The notes: generated from the sequence alone by a model not told the origin. DNA of 64,000 bases from Euprymna scolopes (GCA_053919585.1 CM132786.1); one strand, 5' to 3'; positions 1 to 10,070 are shown, counted from the stretch's first letter. Made by a program: numbers and translations.

Positions 1-289
1 ATTTACGTTATCATAAGCAACTATTTGTGCATCAAAATTATCTTTGCTAAAGGTAGGAAATCAATTCCTGTAAAAATATCTTATACTAGATTTACACTAG
101 AACAAAGAAGCACTGTACTTTTCAGTATCTTTATTTAATTTTAGGGAGACATTAACCTGAAAAATGTAGTGTCGACATAAGTAAAGTTATTTGTTTTCAA
201 TAAAGTATAAGTATACCGACTGTCTTGTTTTAATGACTGTTACTTGACATAATATACTTACTCGGGATGTATTGTTGAACGAAATATTT

Positions 290-1273
290 ACAAGGATTTC
301 ACTAATGTAAATTATATTTTAATACATTTTTTGCGAGTAATACAATTCCTTTTCAATACGAATTGTTTCTGTTAAAACTTTTGGAGCCATACAAGGCGCA
401 CTTTGATGTAATAAGGATTGTGTTGACAAGAGTAGCATAGTGGTTTAATATATAATTCTGCGGCTCCATTCCAAAAATTGAGCATAAAACCGGGACGTTA
501 TTTCAAATTCTAATTCGAATGAAAAAAGCATTAGTGTAGCACGCCTTCCGGCATCAGGTTAATAAAGATATTTTGCTTGACAGGCTAGTCAGGTTTTATA
601 TGGAAATTCAACAAGCGTTACACGTTTCATAAGGAACCTTTCATTCATATCTTATTGAAATAATTACAATGATGTAATATTGCGGGGATAGGATAAGGTC
701 GGAATTTGGTTGATACTGCAAGATCCATAAAACGTTGCATTTTTTGGAATCTGGCTTGTATTAAGCGAATTGTATTAGATATACACGCCCATATATGTGC
801 AGCGGTAATCGATGCATTGAATAATGGTGTTCCGGAGATGTAGGACACCGCCATAGTATGAATAAGCTTCTAGGAAAATAGTGAACATATAGATTCGTGC
901 AGTAAGTGCGGTATTATCTTCAATGCATATTTTAAAAGAAATATTCACCGTTAATTTAAGATAAGAGGTGTGACCGAGAAGCTGTCAACCAGCGTATTGT
1001 TAATTATTGTTGTCGGTATTCAGAAACGTTTTTATTACGATTTTTAAAAGTAATAAGATTAGTATTGGCAGCACTCCACTACAGTTTGAACACAATTTGT
1101 TCACTGTTTCAGCCATAGCCTTCGATACATGCGGTTAGGTTTTCCCCCCTTGTATTTTATAATTAAATATGCCCATTTCCGGGACAAATAACAAGGGAGG
1201 TTTTTAATTTTATAAAATATGAAAAAGGTCTAATATCTGAAAATAGGTCTAATTACAGATATTCGAGGCTACC

Positions 1274-1278
<5 letters not shown>
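290..1278 (+). mobile_element. Highly decayed Tc1/mariner-type transposase remnant (tentative)
   Basis: Broken + strand translation fragments loosely resemble the FQQD (GGAAATTCAACAAGCG ~602) and WPxRSPDLxPxDFxxWGxxKxxV (TARSIKRCIFWNLACIKRIV, ~715-777) motifs. The region ends in ACCATGTA next to a (TA)n tract, similar to CACCCTGTA-type TIR ends. Many stops and frameshifts. Confidence 0.3.
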
Positions 1279-1341
<63 letters not shown>

Positions 1342-2675
1342 GTTTTTAATTTTAAGCGTTCAAGCATTATAAAACATTAGATGTATCTCGTCTGTTAGAT
1401 ATATCTAATTATATCAATATTGGTACAGTAATACAAGACGATGTAATATTCATGAGTAAACATAAGGGTGAAACTAGATCAAATATAGTCTATATAATCA
1501 AATGGTAGAGGTATAGACATGTCTGCTGTAACTGTTGATCGTATGTTTAAAGTTGACCATTTGCTTTCTTAAATCAATCTTATCGGTTGCTTAAAAGTTT
1601 AGTATGAACGTTATTTTTATATAGTGTTTGATATAATAATAGCTTAAATATTTTGGTAAATGAGTGAAGAGTAAAGAGGCGATATATAAATAGTGTTAAT
1701 ACGGAAGCACATTTCCATCAGTGAGCGTATATTTGGTAAGGCAATTGTTGTACATTTTTAGATAAAACGATATTTAATCCAATCAGTATATCATAAAACA
1801 AATAACCGGAATAGAATTGTGCCTACACGCCTCCAGTGGTGTACAGTTTTATATTACGACGAACAAAATATGATTTTCAGATCACCCAGAGTAGTCCCTT
1901 TCTTCAAAAAAAATAAAATGGCAGGGAATATCTTTCGGCATGTATTGCTGTTAGATAATGGGAAATCATTATGATAATACAAGGTTATACAACTTTCTGA
2001 AATCGCGAATTCTTAACATTAGCGACTCATCTTTGTGGATTCAATTGTAAATTTGCATATGTGTTTTCATATGACATTGAAAACATGTTACAGAGTTTTT
2101 AAATAAATTCTGAATATATTTTTACTTGGCATGTGCAACGTCAGAATTCTGCTTGTATATAATACACACACGTATATTGGGGAGCCTTAATACCAATCAT
2201 TTCTGCGAGGTTCTCAACCCATTATAGAATCCATAATTTCTGAAAAATGCGATTGTTTCTTCTTCGTTACAAATTATTTCTGACAATTGCCCGTTTCTCA
2301 TATGCCATCAATCAATTTTCTTTTAATTCTGCTTTCGCTGACATTGCAGTCAACCCCATAAGCCGTCAACGTCACCTAGGACCGGTCTTATTATTTTTAA
2401 TTTATTTATTAAAATCCAGCTTTTTTTCTAGAATATTCAGACTCTTCTATATATACTCCCATTGATATTAAGTCTACTCGAACATATATTATTTGTTTGA
2501 CGTATTTTATAATCACATAATACAATAATACATATTTATTAATACAACTAACACAAATGGCAATGTAATATACTTCATACTATACGAAATTATTCGGTTT
2601 TCGAAAGATGGTATAATACATACATTGGATATATTGCCTGGACTGATTAATTCATTAAAAACAAATGAATCAATT

Positions 2676-2860
2676 CTGGGTATTCTCATAGTATATATGT
2701 TTCACCTATCTTATCCACTCCCGGGTGACGCTGCATATTCTGCTAATATATATCATTCACCTATCTCATTCGATACCGGGCGACGCTGGGTAGTTTGCTA
2801 ATATATGCTTTCCATCTATCTCATTCAATACTGGGCGACGTTTTCTGATAGTATATATTG
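2676..2860 (+). repeat. ~55-bp tandem repeat, each unit ending in a Helitron-3'-terminus-like GC hairpin plus CTAG-like end
   Basis: Units CCGGGTGACGCTGCATATTCTGCTAA (2721), CCGGGCGACGCTGGGTAGTTTGCTAA (2776), CTGGGCGACG--TTTTCTGATAG (2831), each preceded by CACCTATCTCATTC-like spacer. Confidence 0.6.
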
Positions 2861-2874
2861 CACATCTCATTCAA

Positions 2875-3490
2875 TCTCGGGACTGACTTCATATAACCCT
2901 AACCCTCTGTTTAAAATATACATTACATAAAGTAATCTTTTAATCGTAAACTGCTCCCGGCATATCCGGGACTGACTTTATATCCACAACCGACTGCTAA
3001 ATATATACATGAAATAATGTAATGTCTAAATAGTAAACTGTGTCAGCCATTTCCCGGACCGACTTTATATTCCAAACCCACTGCTAAAATATATATGAAA
3101 TAATGTAGTGTCTAAATAGTAAACTGTTTCAGGAATTTCTGGAACTGACTTATAATCCTCTACCCACTGTTGAAAATATACATGAAATAAAGTAATGTAT
3201 GAATCGTAAACCTTTTCAGCCATTTCTGGGACCGACTTCTTATCTTTTATCCTACTGTTTAAAATATACATTAAATAAAGTAATGTCGAAAACGTAAATG
3301 GTTGCAGCCATTTCCGAAACCGACTTCATATTTCCCACCCAATGTTAAAAATATGCATTAAATGAAGTAATGTGTAATGCGTAAACGGTTTCAGCCATTT
3401 TCGGGACTGATTTCATATCCCCCACCCCACTGTTAAAAATATGCATGAAATAAAGTAATGTTTGAATCGTAAACGGTTTTAGCAGCTTTT
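2875..3490. repeat. ~88-bp minisatellite, ~7 diverged copies
   Basis: GAC(T/C)GACTT recurs at ~2881, 2970, 3058, 3144, 3230, 3318, 3405, with a shared AAAATATACATGAAATAAAGTAATGT...GTAAAC core. Confidence 0.9.
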
Positions 3491-4550
3491 CGACAGTAAT
3501 ACATAAAACATTAACCCGGTTATGGATTGATTCAACATGAATTTCTGAGTGTAGTGTAAGTTCAGCACTCCAGTTACTTAAATCCCCCTTTTTTTGGTTT
3601 TGGTTAATGAAGGAGAAATTGGTGGATATTTAAAACTGATTTAATGGCGATAAAGAAAGCAGGTTTTAAGCCAATGTGTTGTTGCGGACTTTCTTTTTGC
3701 CTCCTCAATTTGAAGTTGTTTTTTTTTTCACTTGACGTGAATACTAGAATATTTAAATTAAATGCCCAATATGAACGGGTAAAATAATGGAGGGATAAAA
3801 GGCGAATCAAACTGACATATAAGTTGTTTAAATATTTACAATAAATGTTGCTTAAATTTGCAGTTTTTGAAAAAAAAAAATACAAGTGCGAACTTTCTTT
3901 GCCGGCACTTTGACGAATGTACGACTAATGGAACTTTGGGAGTCGTTGTTTTCTCTTTGATCGACATCTTTTAATCTTAAACTTAAGCGTTTAGATATTA
4001 TTTAGAATATATACACAAGGTCGGTGTTAATTAAAGTTGTATTTTCTATACACAATTTAAGACTGAAATAATATCTTTATTTTCATAGAATATGTAAGAA
4101 GCTCTTATTTTACATGATCCGATTCATTAAAGTATTTACAGAAGCACACAGGCTCATAAAAGAAAATGGTTTATATTACATCTTTATTATTACTGATTAC
4201 CTAATTGCACGTGAGATGTATAATATTGGACTTAAATGTGCGCTAAGTATCTTGAAACAGAAAGATTCGTTGCACGCATGAACAACCGAATGACATAATA
4301 TTTTCCGGCAGGATCTTCCATCAAAAGCTTTAAACAGCGGATGAGAAAATATAAAAAAAATATAAGTGTTCATTTTGCAGAATTTTTTCCCTAAGTTTAT
4401 CTAAACAGACATANNNNNNNNNNNNNNNNNNNNNNNNNNNNNNNNNNNNNNNNNNNNNNNNNNNNNNNNNNNNNNNNNNNNNNNNNNNNNNNNNNNNNNN
4501 NNNNNNNNNNNNNNNNNNNNNNNNNNNNNNNNNNNNNNNNNNNNNNNNNN

Positions 4551-4872
4551 AAATACCTACAGACACTAGTGTTTCATCCTTTCGGGAATCTTCAGTGCAG
4601 GGTGTCATGATTAACATCAGTCGAACGATTCGAACTCAGCAACACGAGACATCTCTGCTTGATTAGCAAAGACCGTATCTATTCGGCTGCCATTAACCGC
4701 GTGAACTAACGTTGAATTTAAACATTTTAACTTTAAATGTTCTTTACGTCAGTCAGACAGTGATCTAATCGCTATACGATGATCTATGCATAAGAGCTAA
4801 TTTGACCGACTTTGATTTAACTGAAAGTGCTCAACGATAAGAAACGAATTTCTTTAAGGGGCTGTCACAATA

Positions 4873-4876
<4 letters not shown>
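4551..4876 (-). mobile_element. tRNA-headed hammerhead repeat, family A (SINE/retrozyme-like monomer)
   Basis: Minus strand reads a tRNA-Ser-like head (GCAGCCGAATAGATACGG...long variable arm...GAGTTCGAATC, ~4700-4617) followed by a hammerhead at 4602-4555. Homologous copies lie at 53749-54108. It abuts an N gap. Confidence 0.75.
4555..4602 (-). ncRNA. Type I hammerhead ribozyme (family A)
   Basis: Minus strand: CCTGCA-CTGAAGA-TTCC CGAAA GGAT-GAAA-CACTAGTG-TC^-TGTAGG. Stem I CCTGCA/TGTAGG pairs (one G.U). Core CUGANGA and GAAA are intact, the cleavage triplet is GUC, and stem III is the palindrome CACTAGTG. The base of stem II is a non-canonical U.U. Confidence 0.75.
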
Positions 4877-4932
<56 letters not shown>

Positions 4933-4940
4933 TATATAAA
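4877..4940. repeat. (TA)n microsatellite separating families A and B
   Basis: Directly visible. Confidence 0.95.
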
Positions 4941-5224
4941 TGTCTGTCGATGACAACAAATATTTTAAACCCCCCTCTTTGGGTAGAACACTGTGGTAAG
5001 TAATCTTACCCGCTACTGAATTGTGTGAAAAATGCGACGCTCGCCCTTTGTTTATGAACAAACCGGTTATATCACTGTACAAATGATGGGCGGGTGGTTG
5101 TTTAAATAGACATTTGGCGAGATTATTTACGGTCACCGCTGCCGTGGGTCGATCGGTAGAAAAGCTGACTATCCACATCATTGTTCTAGGTTCAATCCTC
5201 GGCTTCGGAGAGGTGCTAGTCTAG

Positions 5225-5268
5225 CGGCACTGATGAGTTTTGATACAAAGAAACAGGACTGTATGTCG
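5225..5268 (+). ncRNA. Type I hammerhead ribozyme (family B, copy 1)
   Basis: CGGCA-CTGATGA-GTTTTGATACAAA-GAAA-CAGGACTG-TA^-TGTCG. Stem I CGGCA/TGTCG. The four-copy consensus stem II is GTTG-TGATA-CAAC. Stem III is CAGG(A/C)CTG, a perfect palindrome in copy 2. Confidence 0.8.
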
Positions 5269-5460
5269 ATGACTACAAACATTTTAAGGCTTCCTCTTTG
5301 GTTAGAGCACTGTCGTATATAATCTCACCCGCTCCTTAATTGGCTTAAAAAAATCGACGGTGGTTCTTTGTTCATAAACAAAGCGGTTAGAGCAGTGTGC
5401 AAGTGGTGGGGGTGATATTTCTTTAAATATATATTTGGTAAGATTATTTACGGCCGCCAC

Positions 5461-5532
5461 TCCCGTGCGTCGGTCGGTAGAACTACTGACTTTCAACGCG
5501 ATGGTTCTAGGTTCAATCCTAGGGTTGGGAGA
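5461..5532 (+). promoter_or_regulatory. tRNA-derived internal Pol III promoter (A box/B box) of family B monomer; equivalents at ~5140-5211 and ~5778-5850
   Basis: A-box-like TGCGTCGGTCGG/TGGGTCGAGCGG, B box GGTTCAATCC, anticodon-loop-like CT-TTC-AA, and ends TCCC...GGGA like tRNA-Glu. Stems are degraded, so this is not a functional tRNA. Confidence 0.7.
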
Positions 5533-5545
5533 GGTGCTAGTATAG

Positions 5546-5589
5546 GGAGGCTGATGAGTTGTGATACACCGAAACAGGCCTGTATGTCG
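5546..5589 (+). ncRNA. Hammerhead ribozyme (family B, copy 2; stem I 5' arm mutated)
   Basis: CTGATGA-GTTGTGATACACC-GAAA-CAGGCCTG-TA-TGTCG. Confidence 0.65.
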
Positions 5590-5862
5590 AATACTACATA
5601 TATTTTAAGCTCCCTCTTTGTGTAGAGCACTGTCGTATGTAATCTCACCCGCTACTTAATTGGCTGAAAATGTGATGCTCGCTCTTTCTTTATAAACAAA
5701 GCGGTTAGAGCACTGTGCAAGTGGTGGACGGATGTTAGTTAAAATATACATTTGGCGAGATTATTTAAGGTCGATGCTCCCGTGGGTCGAGCGGTAGAAC
5801 TGCTGACTTTCAACGCGATGGTTATAGGTTCAATCGTCGGCTTGCGCGAGGTGCTAGTATAG

Positions 5863-5905
5863 CGGCACTGATGAAATGTGATACAACGAAACAGGGTTTA
5901 GGTCG
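5863..5905 (+). ncRNA. Degenerate hammerhead (family B, copy 3)
   Basis: CGGCA-CTGATGA-AATGTGATACAAC-GAAA-CAGGGTT-TA-GGTCG. Stems II and III are damaged. Confidence 0.55.
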
Positions 5906-5990
5906 ATGACTACAAATATTTTAAGCTTCTATATTTGGGTAGAGCACTGTCATAAGTAATCTAACCCCCTACTTTGTTGGCTGAAAATTT

Positions 5991-6032
5991 CGACTGACGA
6001 GTTGTGATACAACGAATCAGGACTGTATGCCG
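5991..6032 (+). ncRNA. Degenerate hammerhead (family B, copy 4)
   Basis: CTGACGA-GTTGTGATACAAC-GAAT-CAGGACTG-TA-TGCCG. Perfect stem II, but GAAA is mutated to GAAT. Confidence 0.55.
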
Positions 6033-6039
6033 ATTACTA

Positions 6040-6114
<75 letters not shown>

Positions 6115-6115
<1 letters not shown>

Positions 6116-8038
6116 TAGCCGATTTACCCGAGCTTTGCTACGGATATATTTGCATTACACAATACTAATTGGCATTCTTTTGATATTTATGTAATTACAG
6201 GTTCGAAATCATAACTTCTGGGTAAGCGACATTTCTTGTTTTTCTTTTATTAGCTAATGTGTTGATTGATTTTGAAGTTCCTGTTCTTAAAACTGCCACA
6301 TAAAACATGTCGTGACTGAAACATGGGTTTGTCAGATCAATTCCGATAACTTTTAATGTTTGCCCTTGACTCTTATTAATGCTCATAGCAAAGCAGGGCC
6401 TCACCGGAAACTGCAGCCTCCGAAAAGCAAAGGGCAACTCGCTATCACTTGGCATCAGTGGAATTCTCGGAATGAGTACAGTTTGACCCTTATAAGCCCC
6501 AAATGTAACCATTGCTTTAATCAAATTGCTATGCAATCTAGTTACAACACATCTTGTTCCATTAGTTTTTTTGGTGGTTCTAATGATCTTAAAATCATGA
6601 TAGGACAACCAACATTAACTTTTAGAAGATAGGAAGGCATTCCAGAAAGCTCAATTGAATTCAAGAACTCTGTAGGATATCACACAGCGTCATCTTCATC
6701 TACAGTAGTGCCAATAGATTTGTAAAGTTAAAGTTAGATTAAATAGGGGTACATTAGCAGTGATGATGTCAAAAATGTGAAAAAGATACCACTGGTAAAA
6801 TGTAAACGAAAGTTCTACATTAAGTAGAAAAAACTGTACAGGTCCGTTTTCAGTTTGTGTTGCTCCTAAAAATGGAAATTAGGCCTTTTGCGGATAAACT
6901 ATGCTTGGTTGTGTTTATAAAAAGTACCCTATTTTTTTATAAAGGAAGGACTTTCACATAAAAATTTAATAAACCTAAGATACGGCAAAAATTGAATTAC
7001 ACTTGTAAATCATATCTAAAAAAATAGCACGGTTCGTAAACTGCAGAAGTACTAAACAGATGAAAACACCCGCATTTTTTTTACTTCTGCAATTATTTTA
7101 CTTTGAGTGACGCTTAGACATAAAGCGACACCCTCTCCCCCCGAAAAAAACCTATAATTACGTCGAAACTCGCCCACACAAATATATATTATAAACTAAA
7201 TCAATTACCCAGACAGGAAAACATAAGATCTTTCTCAAAAGAAAATCGAAGAAAAAAAAGTGAAAAAATAACGCGTAGGAATATATCCGATATAAAAAAC
7301 ATTACTCTACCTATGTTTCTTTTTCAAAGTATTATGGAAACGATAATAAAATTCAGACAGTCAAGTGAATAGTTGAAAAATGATTTTAAAATCGTCCGTA
7401 GGAAATAAATGTTAACCTTTTGGTAAACGTGCTAACACCTTACAATGAATCGACATTTATAGCCGAGACTTTAATAGAGGGCTAACGATTTAAAATATTT
7501 CGTCGAAGAATAAAATCATCCTTAGCCTAATTATGTATTTTTTATCAATATGTGTAACTTTTACATTTATAGAAAATAAATAATTTAAAAAAATCATTTT
7601 ATCACCATATCTCTCGATTTGGTTAAACACTATATCCGTTCATAGCGGAAGTGAAATATCAGTGAAAATTACTTAAAATGTTCCAGTTTAGCAAATAGTA
7701 CAAAATAACTTGAATTAAAATAATATAAATAAATTAACTTTAAATAATACTCTTAAATAGAACAATTACATCAATTATATTACTATAATAAGTATTTTTA
7801 AACGAATCATTTAACACGATTTTATTTAATATAATATGCAAATTAGACCAGTTCTACTATGTACATTGCCTTCAATATAGTGTATATATATATATATATA
7901 TATTGATCGTTATGCTATTTATTTATATAGAAAATCTTATAGTAAATAAAATGTATATAGATAAATGTTTTCAGCCGCAAGTTTTGTATATATTAATCAA
8001 ATTGTGAACAAACAAACAAAAAACAGACATGATTACGG

Positions 8039-8050
<12 letters not shown>
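6115..8050 (-). mobile_element. Non-autonomous/internally deleted Helitron
   Basis: Minus-strand 3' end is CCGTAGCAAAGCTCGG hairpin + TAAATCGG + CTAG|T at 6115, directly in a (TA)n tract. It carries a PIF1 helicase C-terminus. The probable 5' end (TATATAAATCCGTAATCATGTCTGTTTTTTGTTTGTTTG) merges with the (TA)n at ~8041; the 5' boundary is approximate. Confidence 0.8.
6195..6724 (-). pseudogene. Helitron RepHel PIF1-family helicase C-terminal fragment (stop + frameshift)
   Basis: YKSIGTTVDEDDAV*YPTEFLNSIELSGMPSYLLKVNVGCPIMILRSLEPP/ NGTRCVV...VLIPRIPLMPSDSELPFAFRRLQFPVRPCFAMSINKSQGQTL...GIDL..PCFSHDMFYVAVLR, the canonical Helitron helicase motifs. Confidence 0.93.
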
Positions 8051-8108
<58 letters not shown>

Positions 8109-9654
8109 AGAGAGAGACAGGATTGTTTGTGCCCTCGTTTTTAGTATACGCAATTTAGAATTGATAACTATTACCTTTAATAGTTGATTAGGAAACCGCG
8201 GTCATTTTCGTTAGCTTTGCTTGACAATTCATCAAGAAATTGGCAATGTACAAAAAAATAAAAAAAATTTACACAAAATAAATGTAAAATATTTGATGAT
8301 CGATTTAATCGAATTAATTTATATTTTTCTCTATATGTGGATTTAACAGCTACGCTGCTAATGCAGATATAATAGAAAACTTTGAAGACAACAATCGATG
8401 CGTTGTTTCCGATACACACGCATTTAATACGTAAATTAGATACAATTGAAACTTTAAATTACCTAATATTCACACGAGTCTAATGCGTAAATATGGAGTG
8501 TTGACTATTTAATTACATATGTAACAAAATTTTGGAATAAATCGCAGATTTCTATAATAAAAATATTATGTTATTTATTTAATTTAAAATCGCTGCTTCT
8601 GAAACCCCTCTTCGTATGCAAGTCTGTATGTGCGTGTATGCGCTTCGCTGTTCGCCTATAATATAATAATAGATACCCATATCGAGAAGGTATCAGAAGA
8701 ATAATTCGGTATAGGAAATAAGTTCTAAGGAATATACAAATCGACCAAAGCAATATTCTAAAATTCGCATTTAGAAAATTTGATACGTAAGATATTACTT
8801 TTTTTTTCGTTTTTAAGGACATCGTTTTGCAAAGATATTCAAAGTTTATTCTTTTCAGATTTCTGCCTTCTAGGACAGGTCCAATCAAATAATGTATATG
8901 CATGCCCAGGAATAAGAAAGCATGGAACATTAAATGAAGCGAAAGGTCAGAGGGAGAAAAAATGAAGGAATCAAGGTTCTTTTAATAAACGTGTAGATTG
9001 GGTATCCTTGCAACTGACGCTGTCTTCGAAGTTGAAGGGCAAGGGACAAATATTTGATAAATGGGTCACCTCTTAAACATCTCGATGCACGGAAACTGAC
9101 ATTAAATCGGGCATCAAAATTTAGTCACAAATAGATCAAAGGCATACTTTTTACTGACATTGGAGCAACCCGTACATTTATGAGAAACGAGAGGTGGATT
9201 CAATTATTTAAAAAAAAATATTAATATAAAATTATTTTTACAGCATATATTAATCCGTTCATGATTTCAGAGTTTTCATGTTTTGTATATTATATCGTAT
9301 GCCAACCCATTTTGCAAAGATAAATAAGGACACGAAAAAAATAATTAGTCAAGTGATTATATACAGATGACGCCACAATAATGCGATGTAATCATTGATT
9401 TACCAAAAAATACCTATGTATTTGCAAGTCGATTAATGCGAATTTGCCAAATAGAAAGGTTTCGTAATATCTATTGCCAATCCCATTATTACCGCCATTC
9501 AAACTTATGATCTAGACTTAAAAATTGTTATTTTTTCTATGGATGCCCTTACATAAAATGAAATTATCCATATTTATTATTGAAAACTAATAAGATATAT
9601 TTAAAAAAATGCCTGTAATAAATTCTGGAAATATATTTGCACAAGTTTTCTTAA

Positions 9655-9968
9655 ATGGTGATGGCTTACATTCCGTTGCCTCCGTTCTGTCTCGAAAGAC
9701 AAAGGATACCCCCTGTAGGTGTAGCTGCGCGTGTAATTATGTAGCAAGAGTTGCGCAACCCCAATCACACCTCTCCTGAATCGACACTACTTGAGTTCAT
9801 TGGCAAGGAAATTCCAAAACCACTGGAAACAATGCAGCGATAAGGTGAGAGAATATATATCACCTAGAAGTCCCAAATGGCCGTCCATATGGTACTGGCT
9901 AGGCTCATCGTTGCTTAACTTTGGTTATCTGACAAGAACTGGTGTGTCAAAGGTGATTATGTCGTGTA
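9655..9968 (-). mobile_element. 5S rRNA-derived head (~9855-9968) plus ~200-bp GC-richer body: SINE3-like element or 5S pseudogene
   Basis: Minus strand ACGACATAATCACCTTTGACACACCAGTTCTTGTCAGATAACCAAAGTTAAGCAACGATGAGCCTAGCCAGTACCATATGGACGGCCATTTGGGACTTCTAGGTG aligns by eye along the length of metazoan 5S rRNA. It continues into non-5S sequence rather than an oligo-T terminator. Confidence 0.7.
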
Positions 9969-10070
9969 TATGATGGCTTACTTGAGAGTGAGTTAAAACA
10001 TAATAAACAGTTCACGGTTGGAATGTAAAGCAACAACGGCGCATCGGAACTTACATCAAAGCGGAGAACT

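Larger units (their letters stand above)
4941..6044 (+). mobile_element. Tandem array of tRNA-headed hammerhead repeat, family B (3 full ~319-bp monomers + 1 internally deleted)
   Basis: CTGA(T/C)GA at 5230, 5551, 5868, 5994. Monomers between predicted cleavage sites are 4945-5263, 5264-5584, 5585-5900, 5901-6027. Each full monomer has a tRNA-Glu-like segment (TCCCGTGGGTCGAGCGGTAG...CTTTCAA...GGTTCAATCC) ~20 nt upstream of the ribozyme. Confidence 0.85.

Noticed and set aside
2875-3490. Repeat-protein CDS (ORF 3065-3271)
   Set aside because: Short ORF produced by a minisatellite; neighbouring units carry stops and indels.
4330-4617. ORFs spanning N runs (also 41830, 52512, 53515)
   Set aside because: Artefacts of gaps translated as X.
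5140-5850. Cluster of functional tRNA-Glu genes
   Set aside because: Anticodon and acceptor stems are poorly paired and differ between copies; they are tRNA-derived heads of a repeat.
8672-8965. Two exons joined by a ~70-nt GTAAG...TTTCAG intron
   Set aside because: The upstream block has stops in all three frames and no recognisable protein motif.
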